A stretch of 64,000 bases of DNA from NCBI RefSeq assembly GCF_054482595.1, contig NZ_CM137008.1. One strand, written 5' to 3'. The translations under genes and the position numbers were made by a program. The first letter of the stretch is position 1. Each line of letters begins with the position of its first letter. Under the pieces are notes generated by a model that was not told where the DNA came from, did no database searches, and was given only the letters and a program-made list of their open reading frames with translations. Shown in pieces: positions 33,845 through 45,195 of this stretch.

Positions 33845-34656
33845 GGTTTTCCTTGTAATAATTGTTGGCCAAGCCAGAACCCCAGCAGCGTATCTGCCCC
33901 TGACGTATGCCCCAGCGCCAGCAGCGAATCAATCGCAACAGCGGTACGTTTCGGGCAACTCAGAGCATGAGCAAAGTGCAGGAGTGGCGAGGCGAAATAT
34001 CCTTGCGCGGCATAACGTAAATAACTGACGCTCACCGCTGTGGTAACGAGTTGAAGATTGTCGGAACAGGCAAAAAACGGGCGACCGGCGCGCGCATGTA
34101 AAGCACCATAATACCAGGCCGCCAGCAGCATTCCGCTCAACGTGTCATCATGACTTGGCGTTAATCCGGGGCCTTTACCCAGCCAGTGCCGCCAGTCGGT
34201 CTTAACGCCATTGAGCGCGGCCTGAAAACAGTGACGAAACTGGCGTAATTCAGCGGGCAGCGGATCGCTTGCCGCCATCGCCAGTGGCCCGAAAAGTCCG
34301 GTTTCCTCCGCGCGTTGCATCCATGCAGCTGCAAGCGGTTGAGGATGCGAAGGCGGCGTAATACGCAGCAAACAATAACGCTGTGGCTGTGTAACCGTGA
34401 AACGCCCGAGGCGAATCCCTTGAGCCACAACCTGTGGTCGTTCATTGCCGCATAATCCACCGCATAACGCATCGAATTGCGCACGGCGAAGCACCCATCC
34501 TCCGGGGCCGAAACCACTACCCTGACGATGCAGCGTTAACAGTTCGCCGCTTTCCGTCATCAGGTTAATCGCCCGCCGCCACACTCCCGCTAACCGCCAG
34601 GACTGGCGATAATTCGGTGCGCTACTACTGGCAAGCAGAGGATGGATGATCGTCAT
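33841..34656 (-). CDS. ylbF: DUF2877-family protein
   Basis: ATG 34656 ([17 protein letters not shown]...) gives 271 aa, with a 4-nt overlap onto the ybcF start. The track ORF extends 41 codons upstream into ylbE. Confidence 0.85.
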   Translation of the reverse strand: MTIIHPLLASSSAPNYRQSWRLAGVWRRAINLMTESGELLTLHRQGSGFGPGGWVLRRAQFDALCGGLCGNERPQVVAQGIRLGRFTVTQPQRYCLLRITPPSHPQPLAAAWMQRAEETGLFGPLAMAASDPLPAELRQFRHCFQAALNGVKTDWRHWLGKGPGLTPSHDDTLSGMLLAAWYYGALHARAGRPFFACSDNLQLVTTAVSVSYLRYAAQGYFASPLLHFAHALSCPKRTAVAIDSLLALGHTSGADTLLGFWLGQQLLQGKP

Positions 34657-34666
34657 TGCGCGTTCC

Positions 34667-35926
34667 TCAACCAATCCCCATGCTTTCAGCCAGTGCTTCC
34701 AGCGCCTGTTCAAAACACGCCAGCGGTGCCCGCACGGTGCCTGCGCCAATCTGCCCGATCCCCGCCTCTTTATGGGCAATACCGGTATTGATGAGTGGCG
34801 TAATGCCGGTTTCTACCACGCGACGAATGTCCAGCCCCAGGCACGCGCCCTGAAAATCCCAGCTTGGGATCTGCAACTGCATATTGCGTTCAAGGTAAAT
34901 TTCCGCCATCTCTTCAGATACCGCCCTGGCCGCTTCCATGCCACCCGCACCGACAAAGCGCGTTACGCCAGGCGCTGCGATCATTGCCGCACCTCCGATA
35001 CCAAAGGTTTCGGTAATCGCGCTATCGCCCATATCCGGGTTCGCCTGCTCCTGCGAGAAGCCGGTGAAAAACAGACCTTGCGGAGTGTTTACAGGCGCAG
35101 TAAACCAGCGTTCGCCCAGCCCGCTTACCCGAATCCCGAACATATTACCGTTGCGGGTCATTGCCGTGACGATGCTGCCTGCGCGGATCATCGCGCCAGC
35201 ATCCATCGCCGCCTTGCAGTAAGCCATCGCGAGGTTGAGGAAGAACTGATCGGTCACGCTGAGGAAATCCATCACTTCCGCGATGTGCTGTTTATCATGA
35301 TCGAGGCGAGCAATTTGTGGGGCCAGCGCACGCATTAACAGTGCTGAGGAAGCAATATTGCGTTGATGGAACTCATCGCCCATCGTAATGCCCTGCGCCA
35401 TCATCGCGGTAAGATCGATACCGCGCTCCATGCGCCCCAGCGCCGCGCTTAATACTGGCATTAACACATCGCGCATCCAGCGATGGCGAGTCAGGACATC
35501 TTCGCCGTAAGCGCCAAAACGCATCACTTTGCCGATACCTTCGTTGAGGTTGCAGTACGCCCGGTTGCCGTCGGTCACGTTCTCGACCACCAGCATCGGC
35601 ATACTGGCAGAAGTAATACCGCCCATTGGCCCGACGGCATTCACATGGTGACAAGGAATGAAGTTCACTTCCCCCTGCTCCAGTATTGCCAGCGCCTGCG
35701 CTTCATCTTTCGCCCAACCTTCGAACAGACATGCGCCCACGCACGCCCCTTTCATGGGTCCGGTCATCTCCTGCCAGCGCATTGGCGGCCCGGCGTGAAG
35801 CAGTGTTTTGCCCTGGTTTAGTTCGCTGATAAGTGAAGAAGCCGGTTGCACATCCAGCCAGTGTGGACGAGCGCGACGAATTTGTTCGATAACCGCAGCA
35901 TTGGCTTGCGCCACTGATGTAAACAT
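34667..35926 (-). CDS. ylbE: DUF1116-family protein, intact
   Basis: Uninterrupted 419-aa ORF. It lies 9 nt after the fdrA stop and 10 nt before the ylbF start. Confidence 0.88.
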   Translation of the reverse strand: MFTSVAQANAAVIEQIRRARPHWLDVQPASSLISELNQGKTLLHAGPPMRWQEMTGPMKGACVGACLFEGWAKDEAQALAILEQGEVNFIPCHHVNAVGPMGGITSASMPMLVVENVTDGNRAYCNLNEGIGKVMRFGAYGEDVLTRHRWMRDVLMPVLSAALGRMERGIDLTAMMAQGITMGDEFHQRNIASSALLMRALAPQIARLDHDKQHIAEVMDFLSVTDQFFLNLAMAYCKAAMDAGAMIRAGSIVTAMTRNGNMFGIRVSGLGERWFTAPVNTPQGLFFTGFSQEQANPDMGDSAITETFGIGGAAMIAAPGVTRFVGAGGMEAARAVSEEMAEIYLERNMQLQIPSWDFQGACLGLDIRRVVETGITPLINTGIAHKEAGIGQIGAGTVRAPLACFEQALEALAESMGIG

Positions 35927-35935
35927 GGGAACCCC

Positions 35936-37603
35936 TTATTGCAAACGTTCTAATAAACGAGCCAGTTTTTTATTGCCGCCGGCGACTGGCGACCATTGGT
36001 AATGCACAACCGGTTTGCTGGCGCTTTGTAGCTCCAGCGCAAAACTGCGTAATCCGATGTTAATCACGGCGACGTTTTCCAGTAATGACGGTGTGTGTTG
36101 CTGTGCGGCAGGCGAGAGCGGATGAATTAACGCTGCCGCCAGCAAGGTGGCTTCCGGTAGCGAACTCACGACCGCAATCCCCGCATCTTCCAGCGTGGCG
36201 ATTTGCTGCGAGCGGCATTGCGGGTCACGTTCGGTACCTGTCACCGTGGCAATGGCGTACAGCGGTTGGCTGTCTGAACGCGCGGCACAGGCTTTTTGCC
36301 AGGCGCTCACCAGCGAGGCGGCAGGATCGGCGGTCGCGCCGAAGCCAATCACGACATCAAGTAGCAATACGCGCACTGACAGTTTAGCGCCGAGATCGGC
36401 AATTAACTGGTTGCGTAAGGTTGGGTCGATCATCGGATGGGGACGCCCGACGGTGTAGAAATCATCGCCAAGGTCAATAATCTGGTGACCATCGGCGTCG
36501 AGCATCATGCCGTGATGATGGGCATCATCGGCTTCCACGCCAAGGTGTCCGGCAAGTAATCCCGCCGCTTCGGCAGCCAGCGTACCGCCGGTATACAAAC
36601 CGCAAATAAATCCGCTGCTGACAGGTGCTATTGCGTTACGTCGCGCCGTGACGCGTGAAAGCAGGCAAGCCAGGCGTGCGGCCTCATCCAGCGAGGAGGC
36701 AAACCAGACATTCTCGTCGCGGGCCACCGCCGGGGTATAACCTAAAAACAGCGCCACCGTCGGTTTGCCGGTTGCTTTCATGGCATTAACAATTTTCAGA
36801 CGCACCGCTTCGGCAGGTGGTTTTGAAACAAATGCCAGCACTTCGCTTTTCTCGTCTGCACTGAGCATTTCCAGCGCCGTCAGCGCACTGATGCCGCCCA
36901 CTTCACGGCTGAGGTCGCGGCCGCCAAGGCCAATCGCGTGAGTAATTCCCTCCCCTGCCAGCGCAATCTGCGAGCACAGCTCCTGAATCCCGGTACCGGA
37001 AGCGCCAATGACGCCAATATTGCCTTCCGGCATCACGTTAGCAAAAGCCAGCGGCGTGGCGGCAATCATCGACGTACCGCAGTCCGGCCCCATCACCAGC
37101 AAGCCTTTTTCTCGCGCGCGGGTTTTAAGTTGGATTTCATCTTCCAGCGTGACGTTATCGGAGAACATCATCACGTTGAGGTTGCGATCCAGCGCCTGAT
37201 TCGCCAGCTCCGCCGCATACTCGCCAGCCACTGAAATCAGCGCCAGATTGGCATCGGGTAATTTCTGACAGGCACTGTCCCAGCGACGCACCTGCGTCAA
37301 GGACTGGCTGCTGCCTGCCCCCTGCGCCAGTTGTTTTAGCGCCTCTTCAAGCTGCTGCATAATCGCCTGCGCGATCCCCGCATCCGCCGCTTCGCTACGA
37401 ATTGCCACGCAAATATCGTTCGGCGTGGCGTTATTAAAATCGTCATGCCAGAAACCTGTGGTATCTAATAACGCTTTATTGGCGGGCGTACCCATCATTA
37501 CGGAAACATCATCAACATTTTCTGATTCGCTGAGTTTTCGTGAAATAATCATTAAACTGACCGAATCCTGAAAACACCCTTTTTTAATAAAGGCGTGGAT
37601 CAT
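35936..37603 (-). CDS. fdrA: acyl-CoA synthetase / succinyl-CoA ligase alpha-like protein FdrA
   Basis: 555-aa ORF MIHAFIKKGCFQDSVSLM... with CoA-ligase-like Gly-rich segments, recognised as FdrA. Confidence 0.92.
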   Translation of the reverse strand: MIHAFIKKGCFQDSVSLMIISRKLSESENVDDVSVMMGTPANKALLDTTGFWHDDFNNATPNDICVAIRSEAADAGIAQAIMQQLEEALKQLAQGAGSSQSLTQVRRWDSACQKLPDANLALISVAGEYAAELANQALDRNLNVMMFSDNVTLEDEIQLKTRAREKGLLVMGPDCGTSMIAATPLAFANVMPEGNIGVIGASGTGIQELCSQIALAGEGITHAIGLGGRDLSREVGGISALTALEMLSADEKSEVLAFVSKPPAEAVRLKIVNAMKATGKPTVALFLGYTPAVARDENVWFASSLDEAARLACLLSRVTARRNAIAPVSSGFICGLYTGGTLAAEAAGLLAGHLGVEADDAHHHGMMLDADGHQIIDLGDDFYTVGRPHPMIDPTLRNQLIADLGAKLSVRVLLLDVVIGFGATADPAASLVSAWQKACAARSDSQPLYAIATVTGTERDPQCRSQQIATLEDAGIAVVSSLPEATLLAAALIHPLSPAAQQHTPSLLENVAVINIGLRSFALELQSASKPVVHYQWSPVAGGNKKLARLLERLQ

Positions 37604-37919
37604 AACAACTCCTTAAAAATTGCACCCATGGCAATTGCACGAGCAGTGTTAATGTGGCGATTACGGTATCGATGACAACGGGTAAATAAGGTGATGAATA
37701 TCACACAGGGATTATTAACAAAAGAATTCAAATAACCGCCATGCTATTACGTGTTATTTTTTAATAAGCGTGGTTGTTTTAAAAACCAGGTTAAAAGCGA
37801 GCGGATTATCAAATAAATTCTAACTATATTTTTTTGCCTGTCTGGATCACATAATCCAGATATTTTCCCTGTATGTTAATTGCAGTCATGCTTCACACCG
37901 TCGTTAAAAAGGAAGACAG

Positions 37920-38969
37920 ATGAAAATCAGTCGGGAAACACTCCACCAGCTAATTGAGAATAAACTCTGCCAGGCTGGGTTAAAACGTGAGCACGCTGCA
38001 ACCGTGGCTGAAGTATTGGTTTACGCCGATGCCAGAGGGATCCACTCTCATGGCGCGGTGCGCGTGGAATACTACGCGGAACGCATTTCAAAAGGCGGCA
38101 CCAACCGCGAACCGGAGTTTCGTCTTGAGGAAACCGGGCCGTGCTCGGCAATTTTACATGCCGACAATGCCGCCGGACAGGTCGCGGCGAAAATGGGTAT
38201 GGAACATGCCATCAAAACCGCCCAGCAAAATGGCGTTGCGGTGGTCGGTATCAGCCGGATGGGTCACAGCGGCGCAATCTCTTATTTTGTGCAGCAGGCA
38301 GCCCGCGCCGGATTAATTGGCATTTCGATGTGTCAGTCCGATCCAATGGTGGTGCCGTTTGGCGGCGCGGAAATTTACTACGGTACTAACCCACTGGCCT
38401 TTGCCGCGCCGGGAGAAGGCGACGAGATCCTTACCTTTGATATGGCGACTACCGTACAGGCATGGGGAAAAGTGCTCGACGCCCGCTCGCGTAATATGTC
38501 TATCCCGGATACCTGGGCGGTCGATAAAAACGGTGCACCAACAACCGATCCGTTCGCGGTACATGCTCTGCTCCCCGCAGCCGGGCCGAAAGGGTATGGC
38601 CTGATGATGATGATTGACGTCCTCTCAGGCGTCTTACTCGGCTTACCGTTCGGGCGACAGGTTAGTTCGATGTATGACGATTTACACGCCGGGCGTAATT
38701 TGGGGCAATTACATGTAGTTATTAACCCGAACTTTTTCTCCTCCAGCGAATTATTCCGTCAACATCTTAGCCAGACCATGCGCGAATTAAATGCCATTAC
38801 CCCCGCGCCCGGTTTTAATCAGGTTTATTATCCCGGACAGGATCAGGATATTAAACAACGCCAAGCCGCCGTCGAAGGCATCGAAATTGTTGATGATATT
38901 TACCAGTATTTAATTTCCGACGCGCTTTATAACACGTCATACGAAACGAAAAATCCCTTTGCGCAATAA
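37920..38969 (+). CDS. allD: ureidoglycolate dehydrogenase
   Basis: 349-aa ORF of the Ldh_2 (malate/L-lactate dehydrogenase type 2) family, recognised as AllD. Confidence 0.95.
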   Translation: MKISRETLHQLIENKLCQAGLKREHAATVAEVLVYADARGIHSHGAVRVEYYAERISKGGTNREPEFRLEETGPCSAILHADNAAGQVAAKMGMEHAIKTAQQNGVAVVGISRMGHSGAISYFVQQAARAGLIGISMCQSDPMVVPFGGAEIYYGTNPLAFAAPGEGDEILTFDMATTVQAWGKVLDARSRNMSIPDTWAVDKNGAPTTDPFAVHALLPAAGPKGYGLMMMIDVLSGVLLGLPFGRQVSSMYDDLHAGRNLGQLHVVINPNFFSSSELFRQHLSQTMRELNAITPAPGFNQVYYPGQDQDIKQRQAAVEGIEIVDDIYQYLISDALYNTSYETKNPFAQ

Positions 38970-38990
38970 TTATTGAGACAGGACTTTCTT

Positions 38991-40226
38991 ATGATTACAC
39001 ATTTTCGTCAAGCCATAGAAGAAGCGCTGCCCTGGCTTTCCTCTTTTGGCGCTGACCCAGCGGGTGGGATGACCCGTTTACTTTATTCGCCGGAATGGCT
39101 GGAAACCCAGCAGCAATTTAAAAAAAGAATGGCCGCAAGTGGGCTGGAAACACGTTTCGATGAAGTGGGGAATTTATACGGTCGCCTGAGTGGCACCGAA
39201 TATCCACAGGAAGTGATTCTGAGCGGTTCGCATATCGATACCGTGGTTAACGGCGGTAACCTCGACGGGCAATTCGGCGCGCTGGCGGCGTGGCTGGCAA
39301 TTGACTGGCTGAAAACTCAATACGGCGCACCGCTGCGTACGGTTGAAGTGGTGGCGATGGCGGAAGAAGAAGGCAGCCGCTTCCCGTATGTTTTCTGGGG
39401 CAGTAAAAATATCTTTGGGCTGGCGAATCCTGACGACGTGCGGAATATCTGTGATGCCAAAGGAAATAGTTTTGTCGATGCGATGAAGGCTTGCGGATTT
39501 ACTCTGCCGGACGCCCCGCTAACTCCGCGTCAGGATATTAAAGCCTTTGTCGAACTGCATATCGAACAGGGCTGTGTGCTGGAAAGTAATGGGCAATCAA
39601 TTGGCGTGGTGAATGCAATTGTCGGGCAACGTCGCTATACGGTGACGCTGAACGGCGAATCAAACCATGCAGGCACCACGCCGATGGGTTATCGTCGTGA
39701 TACGGTTTACGCTTTCAGTCGCATTTGCCATCAGTCGATCGAAAAAGCGAAAAAGATGGGCGACCCGCTGGTGCTGACCTTTGGTAAGGTGGAGCCGCGC
39801 CCGAATACGGTGAATGTGGTGCCGGGTAAAACCACATTCACCATTGATTGTCGTCATACCGACGCCGCCGTGCTGCGCGATTTCACTCAGCAGTTAGAAA
39901 ACGACATGCGGGCGATTTGCGATGAAATGGACATTGGTATTGATATCAATTTATGGATGGACGAAGAACCCGTGCCGATGAATAAGGACCTGGTCGCCAC
40001 CCTGACAGAATTGTGTGAAAGTGAAAAACTGAATTACCGGGTGATGCACAGTGGTGCCGGGCACGACGCGCAGATTTTCGCGCCTCACGTGCCGACCTGC
40101 ATGATTTTCATTCCCAGCATCAACGGGATCAGCCATAACCCGGCGGAACGCACCAATATTACCGACCTTGCCGAAGGGGTCAAAACGTTGGCACTCATGC
40201 TTTATCAACTTGCCTGGCAGAAATAA
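38991..40226 (+). CDS. allC: allantoate amidohydrolase (M20 peptidase family)
   Basis: ATG 38991 (MITHFRQAIEE...) gives 411 aa. The track ORF begins 6 codons earlier at TTG. Confidence 0.95.
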   Translation: MITHFRQAIEEALPWLSSFGADPAGGMTRLLYSPEWLETQQQFKKRMAASGLETRFDEVGNLYGRLSGTEYPQEVILSGSHIDTVVNGGNLDGQFGALAAWLAIDWLKTQYGAPLRTVEVVAMAEEEGSRFPYVFWGSKNIFGLANPDDVRNICDAKGNSFVDAMKACGFTLPDAPLTPRQDIKAFVELHIEQGCVLESNGQSIGVVNAIVGQRRYTVTLNGESNHAGTTPMGYRRDTVYAFSRICHQSIEKAKKMGDPLVLTFGKVEPRPNTVNVVPGKTTFTIDCRHTDAAVLRDFTQQLENDMRAICDEMDIGIDINLWMDEEPVPMNKDLVATLTELCESEKLNYRVMHSGAGHDAQIFAPHVPTCMIFIPSINGISHNPAERTNITDLAEGVKTLALMLYQLAWQK

Positions 40227-40236
40227 GGAGTCATAA

Positions 40237-41022
40237 ATGGGATATTTAAATAACGTCACCGGTTACCGCGATGATTTACTGGCTAACCGTGCGATTGTGA
40301 AACACGGTAATTTCGCACTGTTAACACCAGACGGTCTGGTAAAAAATATTATTCCGGGCTTTGAAAATTGTGACGCGACAATCCTCTCTACGCCAAAGCT
40401 GGGTGCCTCTTTTGTTGATTATCTGGTCACACTGCATCAAAACGGTGGCAACCAACAGGGCTTCGGTGGCGAAGGCATTGAAACGTTCCTGTATGTGATC
40501 TCTGGAAATATCACTGCCAAAGCCGAAGGCAAAACATTTGCCTTAAGCGAAGGTGGCTATCTTTATTGCCCGCCAGGCTCCTTAATGACGTTTGTTAACG
40601 CCCAGGCCAAAGACAGCCAAATCTTTTTATATAAGCGCCGCTATGTTCCGGTAGAAGGCCATGCACCGTGGCTGGTTTCTGGCAATGCCAGCGAACTGGA
40701 ACGCATTCATTATGAAGGCATGGATGATGTGATCCTGCTGGATTTTCTGCCCAAAGAGTTAGGTTTTGATATGAACATGCATATCCTCTCTTTTGCACCA
40801 GGTGCCAGCCATGGTTATATCGAAACACACGTTCAGGAACACGGTGCCTATATTCTTTCCGGTCAGGGGGTTTATAACCTCGACAATAACTGGATCCCGG
40901 TGAAAAAAGGCGATTACATCTTTATGGGCGCTTATTCTTTACAGGCTGGTTATGGCGTAGGGCGTGGTGAAGCGTTCAGCTATATTTACTCGAAAGATTG
41001 CAACCGCGACGTAGAGATTTAA
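40237..41022 (+). CDS. allE: (S)-ureidoglycine aminohydrolase (bicupin)
   Basis: 261-aa ORF MGYLNNVTGYRDDLLANR..., recognised as YlbA/AllE. Confidence 0.93.
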   Translation: MGYLNNVTGYRDDLLANRAIVKHGNFALLTPDGLVKNIIPGFENCDATILSTPKLGASFVDYLVTLHQNGGNQQGFGGEGIETFLYVISGNITAKAEGKTFALSEGGYLYCPPGSLMTFVNAQAKDSQIFLYKRRYVPVEGHAPWLVSGNASELERIHYEGMDDVILLDFLPKELGFDMNMHILSFAPGASHGYIETHVQEHGAYILSGQGVYNLDNNWIPVKKGDYIFMGAYSLQAGYGVGRGEAFSYIYSKDCNRDVEI

Positions 41023-41064
41023 GTCATACCACTCGCCTGATTATTTTTAGCTATGTTGGATTTT

Positions 41065-41091
41065 GCCACGGTTTATACCGTGGCTTTTTTT
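41065..41091 (+). terminator. rho-independent terminator after allE
   Basis: Stem gccacgg / ccgtggc with loop tttata, followed by a run of 7 T. Confidence 0.8.
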
Positions 41092-41099
41092 GTAACATT

Positions 41100-41205
41100 G
41101 CCTGATGCGCTTCGCTTATCAGGCCTACATGATCTCTGCAATATATAGAATTTGCGCGATTTTCAGGAAGGATATAGTGCTCATGCAGCATCCGGCATGA
41201 GCACT
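41100..41205. repeat. REP-like palindromic units between convergent allE and glxK
   Basis: gcctgatgcgcttcgcttatcaggcctac (41100-41128) plus a second 11-bp-stem hairpin agtgctcatgc/gcatgagcact (41176-41205). Confidence 0.65.
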
Positions 41206-41249
41206 GCGCTCTTATACGAAATAAATCGCATCCGCTTTAAAGGTAAGGG

Positions 41250-42395
41250 TCAGTTTTTAATTCCCTGACCTATTTTAATGGCGCAGGCAATATTTCGCGC
41301 GCTGTTGAAGAGATTGGTTTCACCGCTGGCGAGCACTTCGGCTAAAGGTGCCAGACGAGGCAAAATGCTGAATACCGCGTCAATGCCGTACTGGTGCACC
41401 ACTTCCACGCCATCACCCAATACGCCAGCAATCCCAATCACCGGTACATTAAACTGCTTCGCCACCGACGCAACGCCCAGCGGCGCTTTACCGCCTGCCG
41501 TTTGCGAGTCAATGCGCCCTTCCCCGGTGATCACCAGTGCTGCCCCCTGCACCGCCTGCTCCAGGTTGACCGCACGCAGTACAATCTCAATACCCGGTTT
41601 AATATCCGCATTGAGAAATACCGCCGCCGCAATACCCATACCGCCCGCAGCGCCGCCGCCCGCCATCTGACAGACATTAATTTCAGTTTGCTGTTGTAAA
41701 ACACGGGCGTAATTTTGCAGCCCCTGTTCCAGCTCTTCGACCATTTCCGGCGTTGCCCCTTTTTGCGGGCCAAACACCGCCGCCGCGCCGCGTGCCCCTA
41801 CCAGCGGGTTATCAACGTCACATGCTACTTCAATATGGCAATTCGCCAGACGCGGATCGCATTCATCCATCTCAATGCTTGCCACGCGCGCTAAATTACC
41901 ACCGTTTGCCGCCAGCGCCTGACCGTCGGCATCAAGGAAACGCACACCGAGCGCCTGCGCCATGCCCATACCGCCGTCGACCGTCGCACTGCCGCCAATG
42001 CCGAGAATAATATGGCGAATGCCGTTATCCAGCGCATGACGAATTAACTCCCCCGTACCAAAACTGGAGGCCAGCAACGGATTACGCTTTTCAGGCGCGA
42101 CCAGCATCAGGCCACTTGCTGCCGCCATCTCAATCACCGCCGTTTTCCCGTCGCCGGTAAGGCCATAAAAAGCATTCACTTTTTCGCCCATCGGCCCGCA
42201 GACTTCAAGCGTCACGATGTTGCCGCCCGTCGCGGCGACCATCGCATCCACCGTCCCTTCGCCGCCATCCGCTATCGGCAAACAGATATAGTTCACATCG
42301 GGAAAGAGGGTCGAAAACCCGGCTTTAATTGCCTGACAACATTTTTCTGCACTTAAGCTCTCTTTAAAAGAGTCTGGCGCAATGACAATCTTCAT
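41250..42395 (-). CDS. glxK: glycerate 2-kinase
   Basis: ATG 42395 ([16 protein letters not shown]...) gives 381 aa. The track ORF starts 2 codons earlier at TTG. Confidence 0.95.
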   Translation of the reverse strand: MKIVIAPDSFKESLSAEKCCQAIKAGFSTLFPDVNYICLPIADGGEGTVDAMVAATGGNIVTLEVCGPMGEKVNAFYGLTGDGKTAVIEMAAASGLMLVAPEKRNPLLASSFGTGELIRHALDNGIRHIILGIGGSATVDGGMGMAQALGVRFLDADGQALAANGGNLARVASIEMDECDPRLANCHIEVACDVDNPLVGARGAAAVFGPQKGATPEMVEELEQGLQNYARVLQQQTEINVCQMAGGGAAGGMGIAAAVFLNADIKPGIEIVLRAVNLEQAVQGAALVITGEGRIDSQTAGGKAPLGVASVAKQFNVPVIGIAGVLGDGVEVVHQYGIDAVFSILPRLAPLAEVLASGETNLFNSARNIACAIKIGQGIKN

Positions 42396-42416
42396 TATCA
42401 ATCCTTTTTCAACAAA

Positions 42417-43724
42417 TTATTCGATGCGTTCCCACGGAATAAGGTTATCCATAAGAACAGCCAGTAAAATCCCGACCAATAAGCCGTTACTGAGCAGAGG
42501 ACGAAGCGTTAATGGAAGGTCTTGCAGATACACAGGCGGTAATGCCATTAAAAATATGCCGACAAATAACGGCAATGCGAGTCGATAAATGTTGCGAGCG
42601 GTAAACGTTATTTGCTGGCTAAACACCAGCGCGGAAAAGAGTAAAGGCAGATAAGAAACCAGCATGACCGCACTACTCACGGGTAAAGGGATACTGCAAA
42701 ACAGTCGCGTGAGTGCAGGAACCAGCGCCACCAGCAGGCAAATAACGCTGCCATAAATAAACGAACGCCGCGTGTAATCGCCAGTCTGGGTTAATAAACC
42801 AATGGATGAAACAAACGGTGAAAATGGAATTACCGCCAGCGGTACGGTTATCAGCGTCATAAATCCGGTCGCCACAAAGCTACGACGATAACGCGTATTC
42901 CCCGCGCCCTGCTGCGGATAAAAAACATCCGTGCCCCGAATCGCACCGTAGGTATTGCTGATATTCACCAGACCTGTAATCACCGCCGTCAGAATAATCC
43001 CCGGAGACAAAGCACCGCCACTGCCGAGCGGGAACCACTGCCAGTACAACTCACCGGAGAGCGAATGCGAAGAAGGAAAGCAAAAGTACCACAACAACCA
43101 GCCGGTTATCGTACCGACCAGCAGGCCATAACGGGCAAAACGTTGCGGCAGAAAGATAATCATCGCCAGTACCAGGCACATCACCGCCACCGAGAGCGCG
43201 AACGGCGGTAACTGAATTTTAAAATTTGGGTCGGCTATGCCAAACGGCAGCCCGAGCATACCTTTGAAAAAGATAGTGGTCAGCTGCGCGCCCAGCATCA
43301 ACATAAACAAGACCATCACCGACGGCGTAAATAACCGCGCCAGGCGATGACCTAATCCGCTAAAACCAATCAACATCGTCAGCACGCCGGAGAGTGCAAT
43401 CCCCACCGCCAGGCTGGTGGCGATATCGTTGATCGGTGTCCCGCGCGATGCTTCGCCAAGGGTGATAGTTAGGATGGTTCCCCACCACAGGCCCCCCGGC
43501 CCTTCCATAATAGCGCGACGATGGCCACAGAACGCCTGAGCGAAGCAGGCCAGTGCGGTAGCAAGAAAAGCATATTGCGTGAGCGTAAGCAGGCTACTTT
43601 GCGGCAACTGAAAAGCAGAAAGTAGCGTAGGAGGAACCACAACCGTGTTGCAAAAAATAAAGAAAAACCACTGAAATCCTGATAACAGGCTTTCGCGGCT
43701 GACTGCAAAATTGAACATAAACAC
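42417..43724 (-). CDS. ybbY: putative purine/uracil-family permease (NCS2)
   Basis: 435-aa polytopic membrane ORF. The second Met at 43718 would give the 433-aa form. Confidence 0.88.
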   Translation of the reverse strand: MFMFNFAVSRESLLSGFQWFFFIFCNTVVVPPTLLSAFQLPQSSLLTLTQYAFLATALACFAQAFCGHRRAIMEGPGGLWWGTILTITLGEASRGTPINDIATSLAVGIALSGVLTMLIGFSGLGHRLARLFTPSVMVLFMLMLGAQLTTIFFKGMLGLPFGIADPNFKIQLPPFALSVAVMCLVLAMIIFLPQRFARYGLLVGTITGWLLWYFCFPSSHSLSGELYWQWFPLGSGGALSPGIILTAVITGLVNISNTYGAIRGTDVFYPQQGAGNTRYRRSFVATGFMTLITVPLAVIPFSPFVSSIGLLTQTGDYTRRSFIYGSVICLLVALVPALTRLFCSIPLPVSSAVMLVSYLPLLFSALVFSQQITFTARNIYRLALPLFVGIFLMALPPVYLQDLPLTLRPLLSNGLLVGILLAVLMDNLIPWERIE

Positions 43725-43774
43725 ACCTTAACCGGAGAATGCCCGCCGCAAGGACGGGCATTGCAGGGGCCAGA

Positions 43775-45136
43775 TTACTGCTGATGTTTAAGGATAAATT
43801 GACCTTTCGGCGCAACAGGGAAGCCCTGTTCAATGTCGTAAATCACATCACCACGTAAGATGGTTTTCGTGATACGCGCGCCAATGGTACGGCCAACATA
43901 CGGGCTGACTTTGTGGCGATATTCCAGATCGTCATTGGTAAGAACATAGCTGCTATTCGGCTGAATGAAGACGAAGTCGGCATCTTTTCCTGGGGCGATA
44001 CGGCCTTTTTGCTGCAGACCGAAAATATCTGCTGCGTTAGTCGCCATTAATTTGCCGAACATTGGCAGAGACATTCCGCGTTTCTGTACCGCTTCATCGA
44101 ACATCACGTCCATACAGTTTTGCAGACCGGCAATACCGCCCCATGCTTCCATGATGTTGCCGGCTTTCATTTCCGGAGGGCATGGTGAGTGGTCGGAAAC
44201 CAGGCAGTCGATTTCACCGTTAAACAGTTTTTCCCACATGCCTTTCTGGTTTTCCAGATCGCGGATCGGCGGTGAACACTTCGCCAGAGTACCGATTTCT
44301 TCGAACTGATCGGTATCCAGTACAAAGTAATGCGGGCAGGATTCACAAGTAACGTCCTGACCTTCCTGACGTGCACGAGTCACTTCTTCAACGCCTTCCG
44401 GGCTGCTGATATGGCAAACGTGCAGACGGCAACCGGCAACTTTCGCCAGATACAGCACGCGGCGAATCGCTTCCACTTCGGTAAATACCGGACGCGAAGC
44501 CACATAGTCATGGGCAGTTACGCGACCTTCACGTTTCGCTTCTTCGCCCAGTGCGTCACAGATCAGCGCGTTTTCGCAGTGCACCAGCACCGGCTGCCCC
44601 AGTTCGCCCAGCTTCTGCGCACCTTTGAAGAACTGCCAGTCGTTTACATCACGGAAGTCGTTGTCGATACCGCGATCGCCACAGGTCGCAACGAAGCATT
44701 TGAAGCCGACAACGCCCACTTCATCCAGCTCATGCAGACGGTCGATGTTGTAAGACACCAGGCCACCGAGTTGTGCCGCATCGATAGTCAGCTTGCCTTT
44801 AGCGGCATCGAACTTCAGTTCAATTGAAGCGCGGTCAACCGTTGCAGGCAGCTGGTTGAGCGGCATTTCGATCATGGTGGTGATACCACCTTTTGCCGCT
44901 GCGCGAGTACCGGTTTCATAACCTTCCCAGTGGCTACGACCCGGTTCAGAAATATGGGTGTGCGCATCAACCATGCCCGGCGAAACCACCAGACCAGACG
45001 CATCCATAACTTCTTTTGCATCGCCCAGATCCTGACCGATAGCAGCAATTTTGCCGCCTTTAACGGCGATATCTACAACGCGAGCTTCGTTTTCTAAAAT
45101 AACGGTGCCGTTTTTAATGATTAAATCAAAAGACAT
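43775..45136 (-). CDS. allB: allantoinase
   Basis: 453-aa amidohydrolase [20 protein letters not shown]... with a DAHTH metal motif. Confidence 0.96.
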   Translation of the reverse strand: MSFDLIIKNGTVILENEARVVDIAVKGGKIAAIGQDLGDAKEVMDASGLVVSPGMVDAHTHISEPGRSHWEGYETGTRAAAKGGITTMIEMPLNQLPATVDRASIELKFDAAKGKLTIDAAQLGGLVSYNIDRLHELDEVGVVGFKCFVATCGDRGIDNDFRDVNDWQFFKGAQKLGELGQPVLVHCENALICDALGEEAKREGRVTAHDYVASRPVFTEVEAIRRVLYLAKVAGCRLHVCHISSPEGVEEVTRARQEGQDVTCESCPHYFVLDTDQFEEIGTLAKCSPPIRDLENQKGMWEKLFNGEIDCLVSDHSPCPPEMKAGNIMEAWGGIAGLQNCMDVMFDEAVQKRGMSLPMFGKLMATNAADIFGLQQKGRIAPGKDADFVFIQPNSSYVLTNDDLEYRHKVSPYVGRTIGARITKTILRGDVIYDIEQGFPVAPKGQFILKHQQ

Positions 45137-45195
45137 AACAAACTCCTTGTAAAATACAGATTGGTTTTTAACTCAATGTTCAATATCGGGATTAA

